Below, piece by piece: positions 24,501 to 35,211 of a stretch of 64,000 nt of DNA; position 1 is the stretch's first letter; each line of letters starts with the position of its first letter. The stretch is taken from assembly GCA_963924565.1 (NCBI GenBank), contig OZ004609.1, positions 21,452,001 to 21,516,000 of the forward strand, written 5' to 3'. The notes beneath the pieces were generated by a model. That model had not been told where the DNA came from, ran no database searches, and worked only from the letters and a program-made list of their open reading frames with translations. Source of the DNA: Ascidiella aspersa. Lineage: Eukaryota. A program made the translations under genes and the position numbers.

Positions 24501-27500
24501 AACAGAACATCTCCCATTGTGTGTTTTTTAAGTAATAATGTACAAGTATTTAAATTCAAAAGTGGTCAGTTAGACAAAAGTGTAACATGATGCATAAAGT
24601 TGAAATGTGCTCTACTGGTGAAGCATAACACTCTCTGTGTTTTGAAAGCTTTGGTTTAAACTAAGTTAATTTATTTATACTTGAACATATATCTTCATAA
24701 TTTTACTGATATATGTTGCTATGCATAAACTATAAAAAACATATAAATAATATGTTTGGCTTGAAATAATAAATGATGATCTAATAGTAAAAAGTTTAAA
24801 AAAAGTTTTGGTTGTTCTTTAAACATTTTAATATTATCTTAGTTATCTGTTTACACTAATATTGGGTGTCGCAACTAATCAAAAAACAAAAATAATAATT
24901 ACCAATAAAATAATTTATAAAGGAATCGAAAGTAAAATTTGTTTTAATCGCACAAAAAATTTGCAAAAGAGGACTGTCAGCTTGCTTTCTATGCTGTTAC
25001 CTGGTGAAGACTGGAATAAACCAGTAAAGTTTGTCCTCTCCAAATACTTGTTCAAAATTGCGCTTGTATCCCAGATTAAAACCTCGCTTGTCAGGCCCAT
25101 ATCGGAATATTGGTGTACGAAAAGATTCTACAGAAAATTAGCCCTAATTATTTTAATGGAAATATTACTTAACAGGTACGCCACAAAAACGTTGTGTATA
25201 AAGAAGGAGTAAAAAATGGAGTTTTCTAATTAAGACTGTCAAACAATTACTGTCCTATTGGTCGTTTCAACCTACCTAGAGTGGTCCAATTGTTTAAAAC
25301 CAGATAAATATGGTAGCCAAACAATCCAGCAAGACTGAAGGCAAACATTATGGCAGCAAAAAACAAAAAAAGTATATGAAATCTTGCGGTTGAAGATCCA
25401 AGGGCATTCTAGAAGTATAATTATAAAAGTGCTGTTAAAGTTACAAAAATACAATGGATACATATTTAATAAAACTGTAATATATATTTAAGTAAGTATG
25501 TAAATTTAATATTTCAAACTTACTGATTAAATATCATTAATAGACTTTATATCATTTTTTTATATTATTTAGGTTGTGTTGACTTAAAATCACAATATTA
25601 TGTGTGTACCTGCCAAAATAAAATGAAGTACTGCAGGACAGTTGCAGAAACATAAAGACAGTACAGCAAGCCGTAGAAAAGAAAAAGTACGAAGAACTTG
25701 TAGTTGCTGAATCCAACACAGTTGTTAACCCTTAAAATGACACAATGTATTTATATATTTTTTAATACTCAAACCACATTACTCGATGTTATAAAATATA
25801 CCATGGGCAATAATGATCCATCTTGAGAACACACTGGCCAACCACAGAACAGTAATGACATCGATCTGGTTTGATGCAGTAAGTGATAAGGCAATACCGA
25901 ATCCCTGTTTGAAATAAATCTTTGCATTAATGCCACAGGCTTGTATGCACTATTTTCTGTGCAGTATCAAAGATACAAGATTATGTTATGTGAGAGGTGG
26001 CCAAACCATGGCTTGAGAGTTGCATGTGGCTCTTCATATAGTTTTAAGTGGCTAATATGTTTAGGTTGTATTTGAGTATACTTTTTTGGGATGTTCAGTA
26101 TCATTTTTTGTGTGGAATTTTTGCCTATTTTAATAACTTTAATACAAAAAATTGTACAACTTTTCAATATGTCTTAACCATTTTATGTCAGCTTAAACCA
26201 GTTTTTACTTGTCAGCTTAAACCAGTGTTTCTTAAACTTTTTTATTTCAGGGCGCCCCAAGAGACATTAAAAAATGTGACGACGCACCAAGTGAGTGCAA
26301 ATAATGATGAGTATAGTTCCCTTAAATTACTTGCAACTATTTATTACATAGGCTTCATAGTTACATATCCTGAAAGGGACTTCAGCCAGGACCGAATTTA
26401 GAACAACATGAATGATAAAAACATCGACAACGCCATAACAAAGTCGAAACATCGACAACAAAAGGCTGATGCCAGACAGGTATCACTTAATCGTTCAATA
26501 ACATGTCCCTACAATTTTAGACGTTATTTTACCAAATTAGGCCTTATCCCGATTAATTTAAGACTTATTCCCACATGTTTAGATCTTATTTAGACGATTT
26601 TATACCTTATTCTGTCATGGTTATTACTGGGAATTAGTCTTTATAATGTTGAAACACTTTAGAAAGTAAGGATCTCCCGTGGACAATAAAATGTAAAAGA
26701 AAGATTCTTGTCTTCGTATCCAAAGATCTTAAGACTGTTTATTTATTAAAACAGATAAAACATAAAATCATTTCTTTAAATCTTAAAGAAATATATATAT
26801 TACGCCTATAAGGCATCATCAGTTTCTGTACAAAAAACAAACATGTAAAAATGCCAATATGGGTGGTTAAAAAGTAAAATATATAAAATTAAAAAGAGTA
26901 GGATAGCGTATAGGTCTAAAATCATAAAACACCTGCAGATGTCAGATGCAAAAGCAACAACTAGCGAATGGCAGCAAACGACAACGTGACAAAACGGCAA
27001 GAAAGAGAAAAGCACGCAACTGATAAGCATGTTATCAAACGGTGTCGCAGAGCTATCATTAATGACAAGAAATAAAACGGGACAAAAACAAGCCCTGGGC
27101 AAAAAATTACCTTACACGTGGTAGTATCATTTTTTGGATATTTATTTCAGCTTTGGTTTTATTAAGCCATAAAAAAATATATGTTTTATATGTGAAATGC
27201 TTTTCCCTTTTGTCCACAGCGCACCTGTCAGCCTTCAATGGTGCACCGGTTTAATAGCGCTTGCTTAAACACACCGGGCCTCTTATAGCAGTTTGCCCAC
27301 ATCAGGGGCGAAGGCCTTTCTCGTCCTACCCTTAAATGTATTTATGCTGAATTTCTGTTGTACATTTGTGCACAAGTCTTATTTTGTGACTATTCTCTTT
27401 CATAGTGTCAAGTCATTATTATAGAAACCTTGAAAGCAGGATAGAATTTATTTGAGAAGTCTTGCAGTGTGAACAAAAATTCACTTAAATGTAGCCTATG

Positions 27501-29882
27501 GAATTTGGTAATGTGCAACATCTGTACTAAATCTAGCTGAGCAAACATATGTGACGTGTGTAAGAAAGGAAAAAAACAGTGTGATATTCATTATGCCCAT
27601 GTTTAAGGGGTGGCTCTTTGCGATTAGCAGAGTAAGAAACGTGACTCTTGTGTGTGATTGGTTTGCCATTCTTACTTTATGCAGGCACTATATACCTCTT
27701 GGATTAGCTTGTGTGCTCTTATTAGGTTTGGAAATATAATGCAGTACACATATCTACCACAAAACTTTATTTATTTTTTTTTTTTTTAAAGAAAATCAAA
27801 AACAACAAACTAAGACATATACTGTGCACAAGGCACAACAAGCAAAAGGTTAAGTTACATTAGTGAAAACCCATGTTTTTATAATACTGGGTAATAAAAA
27901 TGATATATACCCTGGTATGGGGATTTTACCATAGTAATACTGTGTTCACTATTCAGGTGAAACCATTTCTAATATATAATTAAAAAAAATTATATCTCAC
28001 CACCACCAGGAGTTCGTGTTTCAACTGGAATAGTTCTGGCAAATTCCTTTAAAACCTCTTGACGCTGCTCTTCATTGGAGGCAGCAACAACTCTTTCTTT
28101 CACATTCTCAGGCATTTTGTACTACAAAATAAAAAAAAGAAAGTTCATCATTATATTTAAAAAAACATTAACAATAAAGAAGCATGTCAATAAAACACCC
28201 AATCTGAAAATGTATATTATAAACCACATTTTTTCTAATAGTAAGATAGCAGTGTTTTAACAAGTATATAATTGTTTAATTGGCCACAGAAAACGGGAAT
28301 TTTAAAACTGTGTAGAAAATACATTAAAAAACACATTTCACCAAGTAACATTTTCTTTAAATGCACTTCAATTAAAACCAGAAAGCCAAACAATGACTTG
28401 GTGGGCACCACCTGGTATCTGTGTATCTCATAAAATATGTATGAAGAGCAAAAAGCTTTGGAGAAATCCAGACAGTAAGCAGTACAATTTATTTATTCAT
28501 TGATTAAAAGCAGTTTCCCACTGCAGTAAAGAAGAAAGAAGTGAATATTATAATTTAAAACTGTATCTATTAAAAAATGTCAATCCCTAAAGTATTAATA
28601 TGCCAAGTATTTAAAGGAAAACAATATAAACATTTTCCATTGAAGAAATCAAAACTTACCATCTCACTTGGTGTTTTAGTGTCTGTAAATATAGTTTGCC
28701 AGTAGGACCACCCAAACATTCCAAATGTTATATGGAAAAATATCAAATAAAGCACTGCAAAAAATAAACAATATACATGTTGCAGACTGATAAAATTACC
28801 AGCTTTCTGGTACATATACAAGCATTTTTGGCTAAAATTCCTTTATTTTTTGCTATTCTTAATTTAAATGCTTTGTTCTAATGAATGTGGTGATAAACAA
28901 GGGAATAACCAAGCATTTCATTCATCTAGGAGTTAAATTTTGTTTTTTGTGACATAAGCAAATACATAAGGTGGGTGCGAAAGTAAAACTTGCCGTTTCA
29001 CATGTCTGTTTTTCTTGCTTTAACACTGTTAAGGAAATAAGTTGTTCTCGACCGAAGTTGTGCGCAATATGCAACTCAAATCTAGTTTCGAAAAATATAG
29101 TAATTTATTTGGTTTGGGAAAAATTTACAATATAAGATGAGTCATGGCTAATTAGGCAAACAACTTAGATTCACATTTTATTTGAAATAACAGTATTTAA
29201 CGTCTAATATAATAAGATTATTTGCACCTAAATGCACTTTCAGGACTTTTTTTAAAATAGGCAACAAAATTAATTCTCGCCAATAATTAATTCAAGACTG
29301 AATGTTCACATATATTGGTGCTCCTAAAGATATGAGAGAAACTATGTGTAAAAACAAATAAGGTGAAAGGTATAAATTCAATCTATTAAAAATTAAATAT
29401 TTTTTAATAAAATAATTTTTTGGGAAAAAATCTTCGATTTTGTGCCTGATTCTTTGGCAGATAGTCCAAAGTCACCAGCATTCTGCCACACTGATATGTT
29501 GGTAAGTCAATCAACACCAAAAATCTTATAAGCTCACATACCTTTTTCTGCAACAGATGTTACAGTATCTGCAAAACAAGTATTTTTATGCGATTTGAAT
29601 AAAATGTTGCAAATTTATTTGAACCACGAAACTATAACCTTATCAAGAATTTTGGGGCAAAACTTCAAGATAGGTTTGATGTATATTATATTAATAAATC
29701 AATTTCATAATAACATTTATCATGACCAAGTTTAAGATACTCCAAACAAAACAAAAAACATACTTACACACACATAATTCAACAACATATGCATAGTAAG
29801 ACCACAAAACAATTAAAATAATAAAAATGCAGGGAATCCATCTTGCAAACAAGGCACAAAATGTGCCAAATGACATCGACAT
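21600..29882 (-). CDS. ZDHHC2/15/20: ZDHHC2/15/20-family protein S-acyltransferase (DHYC variant), long isoform B, 334 aa
   Basis: Exons (minus): 29882-29768, 29568-29542, 28754-28660, 28121-28001, 25904-25802, 25730-25610, 25408-25276, 25127-25001, 23335-23235, 21661-21600. Phases are consistent (1005 nt). Family motifs: [41 protein letters not shown]...[48 protein letters not shown]...YWFIP, PaCCT-like GNGMTFP. Confidence 0.92.
22586..23073. mobile_element. Young hAT (Buster-type) MITE, 488 bp, in the last intron of ZDHHC isoform B
   Basis: Perfect 16-bp TIR CAGTGGTCGGCAAACT; perfect TSD ATGTAAAC; GCGGCCCA subterminal repeats. Confidence 0.93.
23599..24117 (-). CDS. ZDHHC2/15/20: Alternative 3' exons of the ZDHHC gene (short isoform A, 317 aa)
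   Basis: Exon 24117-24046 (ttgcag|T...GG|gtatg, phase 2/2) encodes [25 protein letters not shown]. Terminal exon 23638-23599 (ctaat branch point + tttctttttt ag|) encodes [12 protein letters not shown]. Minus-strand AATAAA at 23514-23509. Confidence 0.75.
26223..27262. mobile_element. Degenerate hAT element in a ZDHHC intron
   Basis: Left end CAGTGTTTCTTAAACT; decayed right end; GCTTAAAC on both sides (26215-26222 and 27263-27270). Confidence 0.5.
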
Positions 29883-30114
29883 AGTGAGGGATTGCGTGTC
29901 TTCGTTTTACTATGTAAATACTATATTTTGTTTAGAGAAAACACATTTCAGAGTTAAACTCAACTGCAATAAAAATTTATGGTTATATAAATTTACATTT
30001 TACACACATGCTTGTATTTATTATTTTACCGTACTTCTATACATAGCTTTAATTATGGTAAAAGTATATCTTTTATCAGAAAAATAAATAAAAGATTTGT
30101 CAAACTGTCTAAAC

Positions 30115-31278
30115 CAGTGTTTCCCAACCTTTTTGACACTAGTGCCCCCTTGGGCTCAATATTATTTCATATCGCCCCCCTCATATTGCTTTACAGTAAA
30201 GTATTATAATAATCGTTGCCTAACATCATATTGTCTTCACTTTCGTTTCGATAAGCTGTCAGTCTTATTTTAGGTGGTCTAACATACATTCACTGTAGGA
30301 ATTTATGGATACATTAATTCACCAGGTTATGTCATTACCAGGAAAAATTCAACTTTCTGCACCAATACTTTAAATCAGGGGTCGGCAACCTTTTTTTGTC
30401 ACGGGCACCAATCAAACTCAAAAAGGTATCTGTGGGCCGCACAAAATGTTCACTAAGAATTGCGTTATTGGAATGTTAGAACAACTGTGAATCAGGCGGG
30501 CCTCGGATTTTTTTTATTCATGCTACTAATGAAAAGTGTTATAAAACTAGTTTGAGGAAACGTGATAACCTTTATTAAACTATCTATATTTTGTGTTTAT
30601 AGATATTTAAGTGCTGGCGAGCGAAGCGAGCGCGATTTTTTTTTGTGTGTATACAAACATTTCTTTAAAATTCCGTGCTAGTATTCACTACATTGCCGAA
30701 AAAATAAAAAAAATGTTAAAAAATATATGTCTAATATTTTTGAATACGTTTTCCGTTTGTCCACAGCGCTAAAAAAGCGCTAATTTATTCCAAAGACAGC
30801 ATCAAAACGTAAACAAACTTGACATAGTAAGATAATTTGCGCGAACCGCGAAAAATTTTTGCCCGTACTCAGTTAAAATAGTTAAAAAGTATTTAAAATG
30901 GACTCGTGTCTAATTTTCAAAGAGGCCGTAGGTTGGCAACCCCTGCTTTAAATATACAAACATTTTGCCACGTATAAAACTGTGAACGCAACAACAACCA
31001 ACAACTTTGCATAAGAAAGTCAATTATTACGTAAAATGGTCGGAAAACTACTACAAGTTCGCAGTACGAAAATTGCCATTTAAGGTTAAAAGTTACCTAG
31101 AGTCCTGTTTGTTACTATTGTTGTGAACTTTTTATAAAATTTAGCCTATAAGTACTTTTAGGTAACAACCCCCTTATGTGCATTCAGCGCCCCCCAAATT
31201 AGAAACAGACCCAAAACGCCTCCCTGTAACTCGCCAATGCCCACAAGGGGGCGGTACCGCCCACGTTGGGAACCTCTG
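30115..31278. mobile_element. hAT MITE (outer element of a nested pair)
   Basis: TIRs CAGTGTTTCCCAAC / GTTGGGAACCTCTG; perfect TSD GTCTAAAC; GCCCCC subterminal motifs. Confidence 0.88.
30376..30945. mobile_element. hAT MITE nested in the 30115-31278 element
   Basis: TIRs CAGGGGTCGGCAACCT / AGGTTGGCAACCCCTG; perfect TSD CTTTAAAT. Confidence 0.88.
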
Positions 31279-32091
31279 GTCTAAACCTTAAAATATCTAT
31301 GATGTCATACATCTGTTAAAATATAACTAAGTGTACAATATCACCAACAACACAAAAATATATAACACTATTAAAATAATGCCAAAAGAATAGTGCAAAA
31401 GCTGAAATAAACATCTAAACACATTATGGTAGGTTACAGGACTCCAGTTTGCTGGCTTTAATAGTTTGTCTATTCCCGGCCATATTTGTGCTGTTGTTTA
31501 AAGGGCAATGCTTTTTACAATGAATGAGGTTTAAGTTTGCATTAAGGGTGGGGTTATTGGTAAAAAATGGGTAAAGTTAGGGTAGAGGTGGGTTAGATGT
31601 GTTTTTAAACCTTATTCTAGCACAGTGCTGGGATAAATTATATTATCTGAAGCACATCCTTCATCACTAGGTTTTATTGATATCAAACTATTTTAGCATT
31701 TAAACAATTAGTAGTCTGTAAAGTGCTAATTTGCATGTTGGCGAAATTATTGTTTAGGGTTATCTGGTATCAATGGCTACTTGCCTGAATCACTTATATA
31801 CAATGCATACTCCTATTGGTGATTATACACTGATTTAGGTTTGTGCTGGGTTAGCGATTGGGTTCAGGTTGTTATAATATTAAATTTAATTTCTTAAATT
31901 TGCTTTATTTCCAGATTTGCTTCATATTTAATATCATTTTACTTGGTTAGTCGGGTAAATAACCTCAGCTATATTGTATAATTTTTACCTGATTTGCACA
32001 AGAATGCATACATCGAATAATGATTATATAAAGATATTTGTACTACATCAAAAAGTTCTTCAGGACACTTTGATTATGTAAGAAAATCTTT

Positions 32092-32268
32092 GGTGCTGGC
32101 CTAGAATCGTACCACAACAAACATTTTTTGGGTTAGGGGTGGGTTAGCGTTTGGGTAGGTTAAGCAATATTGTTAAATAATAATACTTGACCCAAAACAC
32201 TAACTGACACCCTAACCCAAAAATTTTGAAATTATTTTAATGATGTGGTAGGATTCTAGACCAGCCTC
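32092..32268. mobile_element. Short TIR element of the GGCGCTGGTCTAGAAT family
   Basis: GGTGCTGGCCTAGAATCGTACCACA ... TGTGGTAGGATTCTAGACCAGC, with an internal GGGTTAGGG/CCCTAACCC inverted pair. Confidence 0.7.
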
Positions 32269-32299
32269 TTAATTTTTTTCAAATATCTAATTTAGGAAT

Positions 32300-32787
32300 G
32301 GCGCTGGTCTAGAATCCTACCACATTTATTTTAGCACTAACAAATCGAGTTTTCAAAATTGAAATTGCAAGGAAGGCATAAAGGCGCTCTTTCACTTATG
32401 TACGTAAAAATTATTAAAAAAAAAACTTTCTTTAAATGCCGCATACCACAACGCATATTGTTTGGGTTAGGGTTAGCGTTTGGTTGAGGGTGGGTCAAGT
32501 TATTATTAATAATGAACATAATATTACTTGACCAACCCTCAACCAAACCGCACCCTAACCCAAACAATATGCGTTGTGGTATGCGGTATTATTTTGTTTT
32601 GTTTTTTTGCATAACTTTTCACGTACATAAGTGAAAAAGCGCCGGCATAAATATATAAGAATAAATATAATAATAATTCCTGACCGACCCAAACCCAAAA
32701 TCTAACTCTAGTCTATTACCCTAACTGAAATATTGTTAGCAATATAAACCCGCGGAAAAAAATGTGGTAGGATTCTAGACCAGTCTC
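32300..32787. mobile_element. TIR element of the GGCGCTGGTCTAGAATCCTACCACAT family (Merlin-like)
   Basis: About 25-bp TIRs. Matches the copy at 17148-17381 apart from the internal 261-bp insertion. Confidence 0.8.
32383..32643. mobile_element. 261-bp foldback (almost fully palindromic) MITE, Merlin-like
   Basis: Ends GGCGCT...AGCGCC; arms of about 120 bp; perfect 8-bp TSD GGCATAAA (32375-32382 and 32644-32651). The empty site is visible at about 17222 in the related copy. Confidence 0.88.
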
Positions 32788-33358
32788 TTGTTTTTATTTT
32801 GTTTTGTAATTAAACTCGTTTTACAATTGAGAGCTTTGGGAACGTAAAAAAACAATAAAACAGTGTTTGCGCATTTTGAATAACTTGGTTTGGCATTTTT
32901 TTTATTTTTTGATATGACTTTACTTGGTTTCTTCTGGCTACTAACTCCTGTTGCGAATTTAAATATTTCAAATAAAAAAAATGAAAGATAGCGAAAAAGG
33001 CAAAGAAGAACTATTCTCAACAAATTCTTTTAGCGAAATACGTCAAACTTTGCAGCCTAGTAAAAACACATAGAACACTGCTTGAAGTATTTTGGCCGAC
33101 ATGTTTTGTCAAAAATTATCTAAATAAACTTTACTTAAAAGTACCGCAACCAAACTTATACTACTAACTCTAACATCGCAAATTGGTCTAAATTTACAGT
33201 AGCCGGTAAAAGGCAACTTTAGTTGTCTTTTAAGCTCCATTTCGGGATTGGATACATTTTAAAATTCAAAAATTCAAATTTTTATTGATATTGAAGAAAA
33301 CAATAAATCTATAATTTAAATTTCATCTTATTTAAAAAGGCAGAAAAAATCTACTCAC

Positions 33359-33790
33359 AGGGCTGTGAGGCTCCCTGAAAAAAATTTCAGGCTCCTGAAA
33401 AAATCTAGTGAAAGTCTGGTACACCGTACGTGACGTATATCTTCCGGAAATAGTAATTAGTCGGCCACCGAGTTTGCAGCGCAAGACATTATTGTGGTGA
33501 GATCAGGGGCAGAGCAAGGAATTTTACTCCACCCCGTAAATTCCAGTAAACTTTTGCATCTGGTTTGCAAATCATAAAAAAATGTGGACCAAAAGTCCAT
33601 GGAAAACCCAGACGTAATTCTAAAAGTAGCGAACGAGTTTTATTTACATACCACGTCACAGTTTCAACAAAAGGGCGTTTCACGGCTGGACGTTTAGGGG
33701 TCTGTTAATGTATAACAGAAAAAGTGTGCCTATAATTGAATTTAAGCCAGGTTGTTGGAGTGTCTTTTGGCGCTCCGTTTTACAGCAAGG
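33359..33790. promoter_or_regulatory. Probable bidirectional promoter between the ZDHHC gene (-) and the PB1 gene (+)
   Basis: A minus-strand donor (ccct|gtgagt, 33358) marks a likely non-coding first exon of ZDHHC, which could splice to the acceptor at 29963. The region retains CpGs and contains GTGACGTA (33430), TTCCGGAA (33442) and CCACGTCA (33651). Confidence 0.45.
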
Positions 33791-33792
33791 TT

Positions 33793-35211
33793 ATGCGGAT
33801 ATACACAAGTCCAAATATCACACATCGACCATCAGTCAGTCGTGCAACTAGTTCACCTGCAAGTGGTGCACCGAATTCAACTATAACTGGTGCAAATAAT
33901 TCTAATCAGCGAAGTCCTGTTAGAACTATACCTCAACCAGTTAAAGTTCCTGTTGAGGAAAGTCCCTGGCCAGAGTTAAGACCGAGAAACATGGTGGAAT
34001 TGCAGTTAAAGGTAAAATTACTCAAAGATGGCCAGGACGACGAAATAAGGAGATTTAAAATGGACAGAAATGTTTTGAGCTTTGCCATACTACGCAACAA
34101 AGTAAGTTAATTAGGTTTTTAATCTTTGCTTCAAAAACATTTGAAGTTTTGTTCACCCCTAACATAATGCTGTATTCTATTCACACACAAGCAATGTGAA
34201 TAGAACACTACTAGACTCCAATATGACAATTGTTATATTACACTTCTGTAAAACTCGGCAGACTAGTTTGACTTACGCTTTGTTTATTTATTATTTCAGA
34301 TAAGTCAACTCTTTCCCGAATGTTCGACCGGAAGTTTCAAATTATTCTGGAAAGACGATCAGGATGAATCGATAGCTTTCAGTTCGGATGACGAACTTCT
34401 ATCGGCACTAGAAAATATCCGGGACAACCTATTCTACATCAATATTCGGGTAGCCTATTTATTCTTAAATTTTAAACAAGTATGATGGTAAGCAGAAAAG
34501 GAAGTAAACAATTTAGAATGAATGTGATTTTTTGAACGTTTTAACATCAGATGTTCAAAATAAATAAATATTTATTCGTAACGTTTACAAAATACTTTAC
34601 CTACTCTTATATAGACTTTGTCATTTATCTTAAGTCTAGTGACAACCTTTAGCCATTATGCTCCAGAAATAAAACACTATTGTGTTGCGATACTTGAAAT
34701 TTCAGGTTGAACCTTTTGGCTTTACGGGGTTCCCAATGACAGGCATGCCCGGATTTATGCCAGGCTTCGCAGAACAAATGCAGCAAGCTGGTTTTCCCAC
34801 TGGATTCGACATGGGAGCGCGAATGCCCAACCCGGGTGCTTTTAGTCCGACAAGTCCAAGCATGTTTTCTCCCGGAGCTAATGCAGCCGGAGCAGGAATG
34901 TTTGGTCCCGGAGCATACTTTAACAGCACACCAAACGCGTTTGCCTGGGGTGCGTCCGATCCGACAGGAATAAGTCAGTTCCAGGTAACTTTGTCACAAT
35001 TTTTATCGGTAAACAGTATAAAAAGTAATGTAACATAGACTGTTCGGTAAATATTTTTAAATTTATATTTTACTTTAATGAAAATCACTGGACTGTTCAA
35101 TGGATGCAAAACGTTTATCAACACAGATCTTATTTTGCTTTTCTGCAGATGCAACAGCAGTTTTCGCAAGGTGGCGGTGGAGCGTCAAGCTCGCATCAAA
35201 AAAAGTCTTGA
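33793..35211 (+). CDS. p62/SQSTM1-like PB1-domain protein with a G/F/P/M/Q-rich low-complexity C-terminus (266 aa, or 200 aa from the ATG at 33991)
   Basis: Exons 33793-34101, 34300-34449, 34706-34984, 35149-35211; all introns are phase-0 GT-AG. PB1: MVELQLKVKLLKDGQDDEIRRF...ISQLFP...FKLFWKDDQDESIAFSSDDELLSALENIRDNLFYINIR, with the basic Lys and the acidic OPCA motif. No ZZ or UBA domain before the stop codon. Confidence 0.85.

Noticed and set aside
25731-25801. ZDHHC intron starting GTATATTT as a possible U12-type intron
   Set aside because: It lacks the GTATCCTT donor and a TCCTTAAC branch site, so it is treated as U2-type.
25802-25904. ZDHHC as a pseudogene, or His-to-Tyr codons corrected by RNA editing
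   Set aside because: All exons are in frame with good splice sites and the catalytic residues are kept. The Cys-to-Thr and Cys-to-Val changes cannot be repaired by known animal editing.
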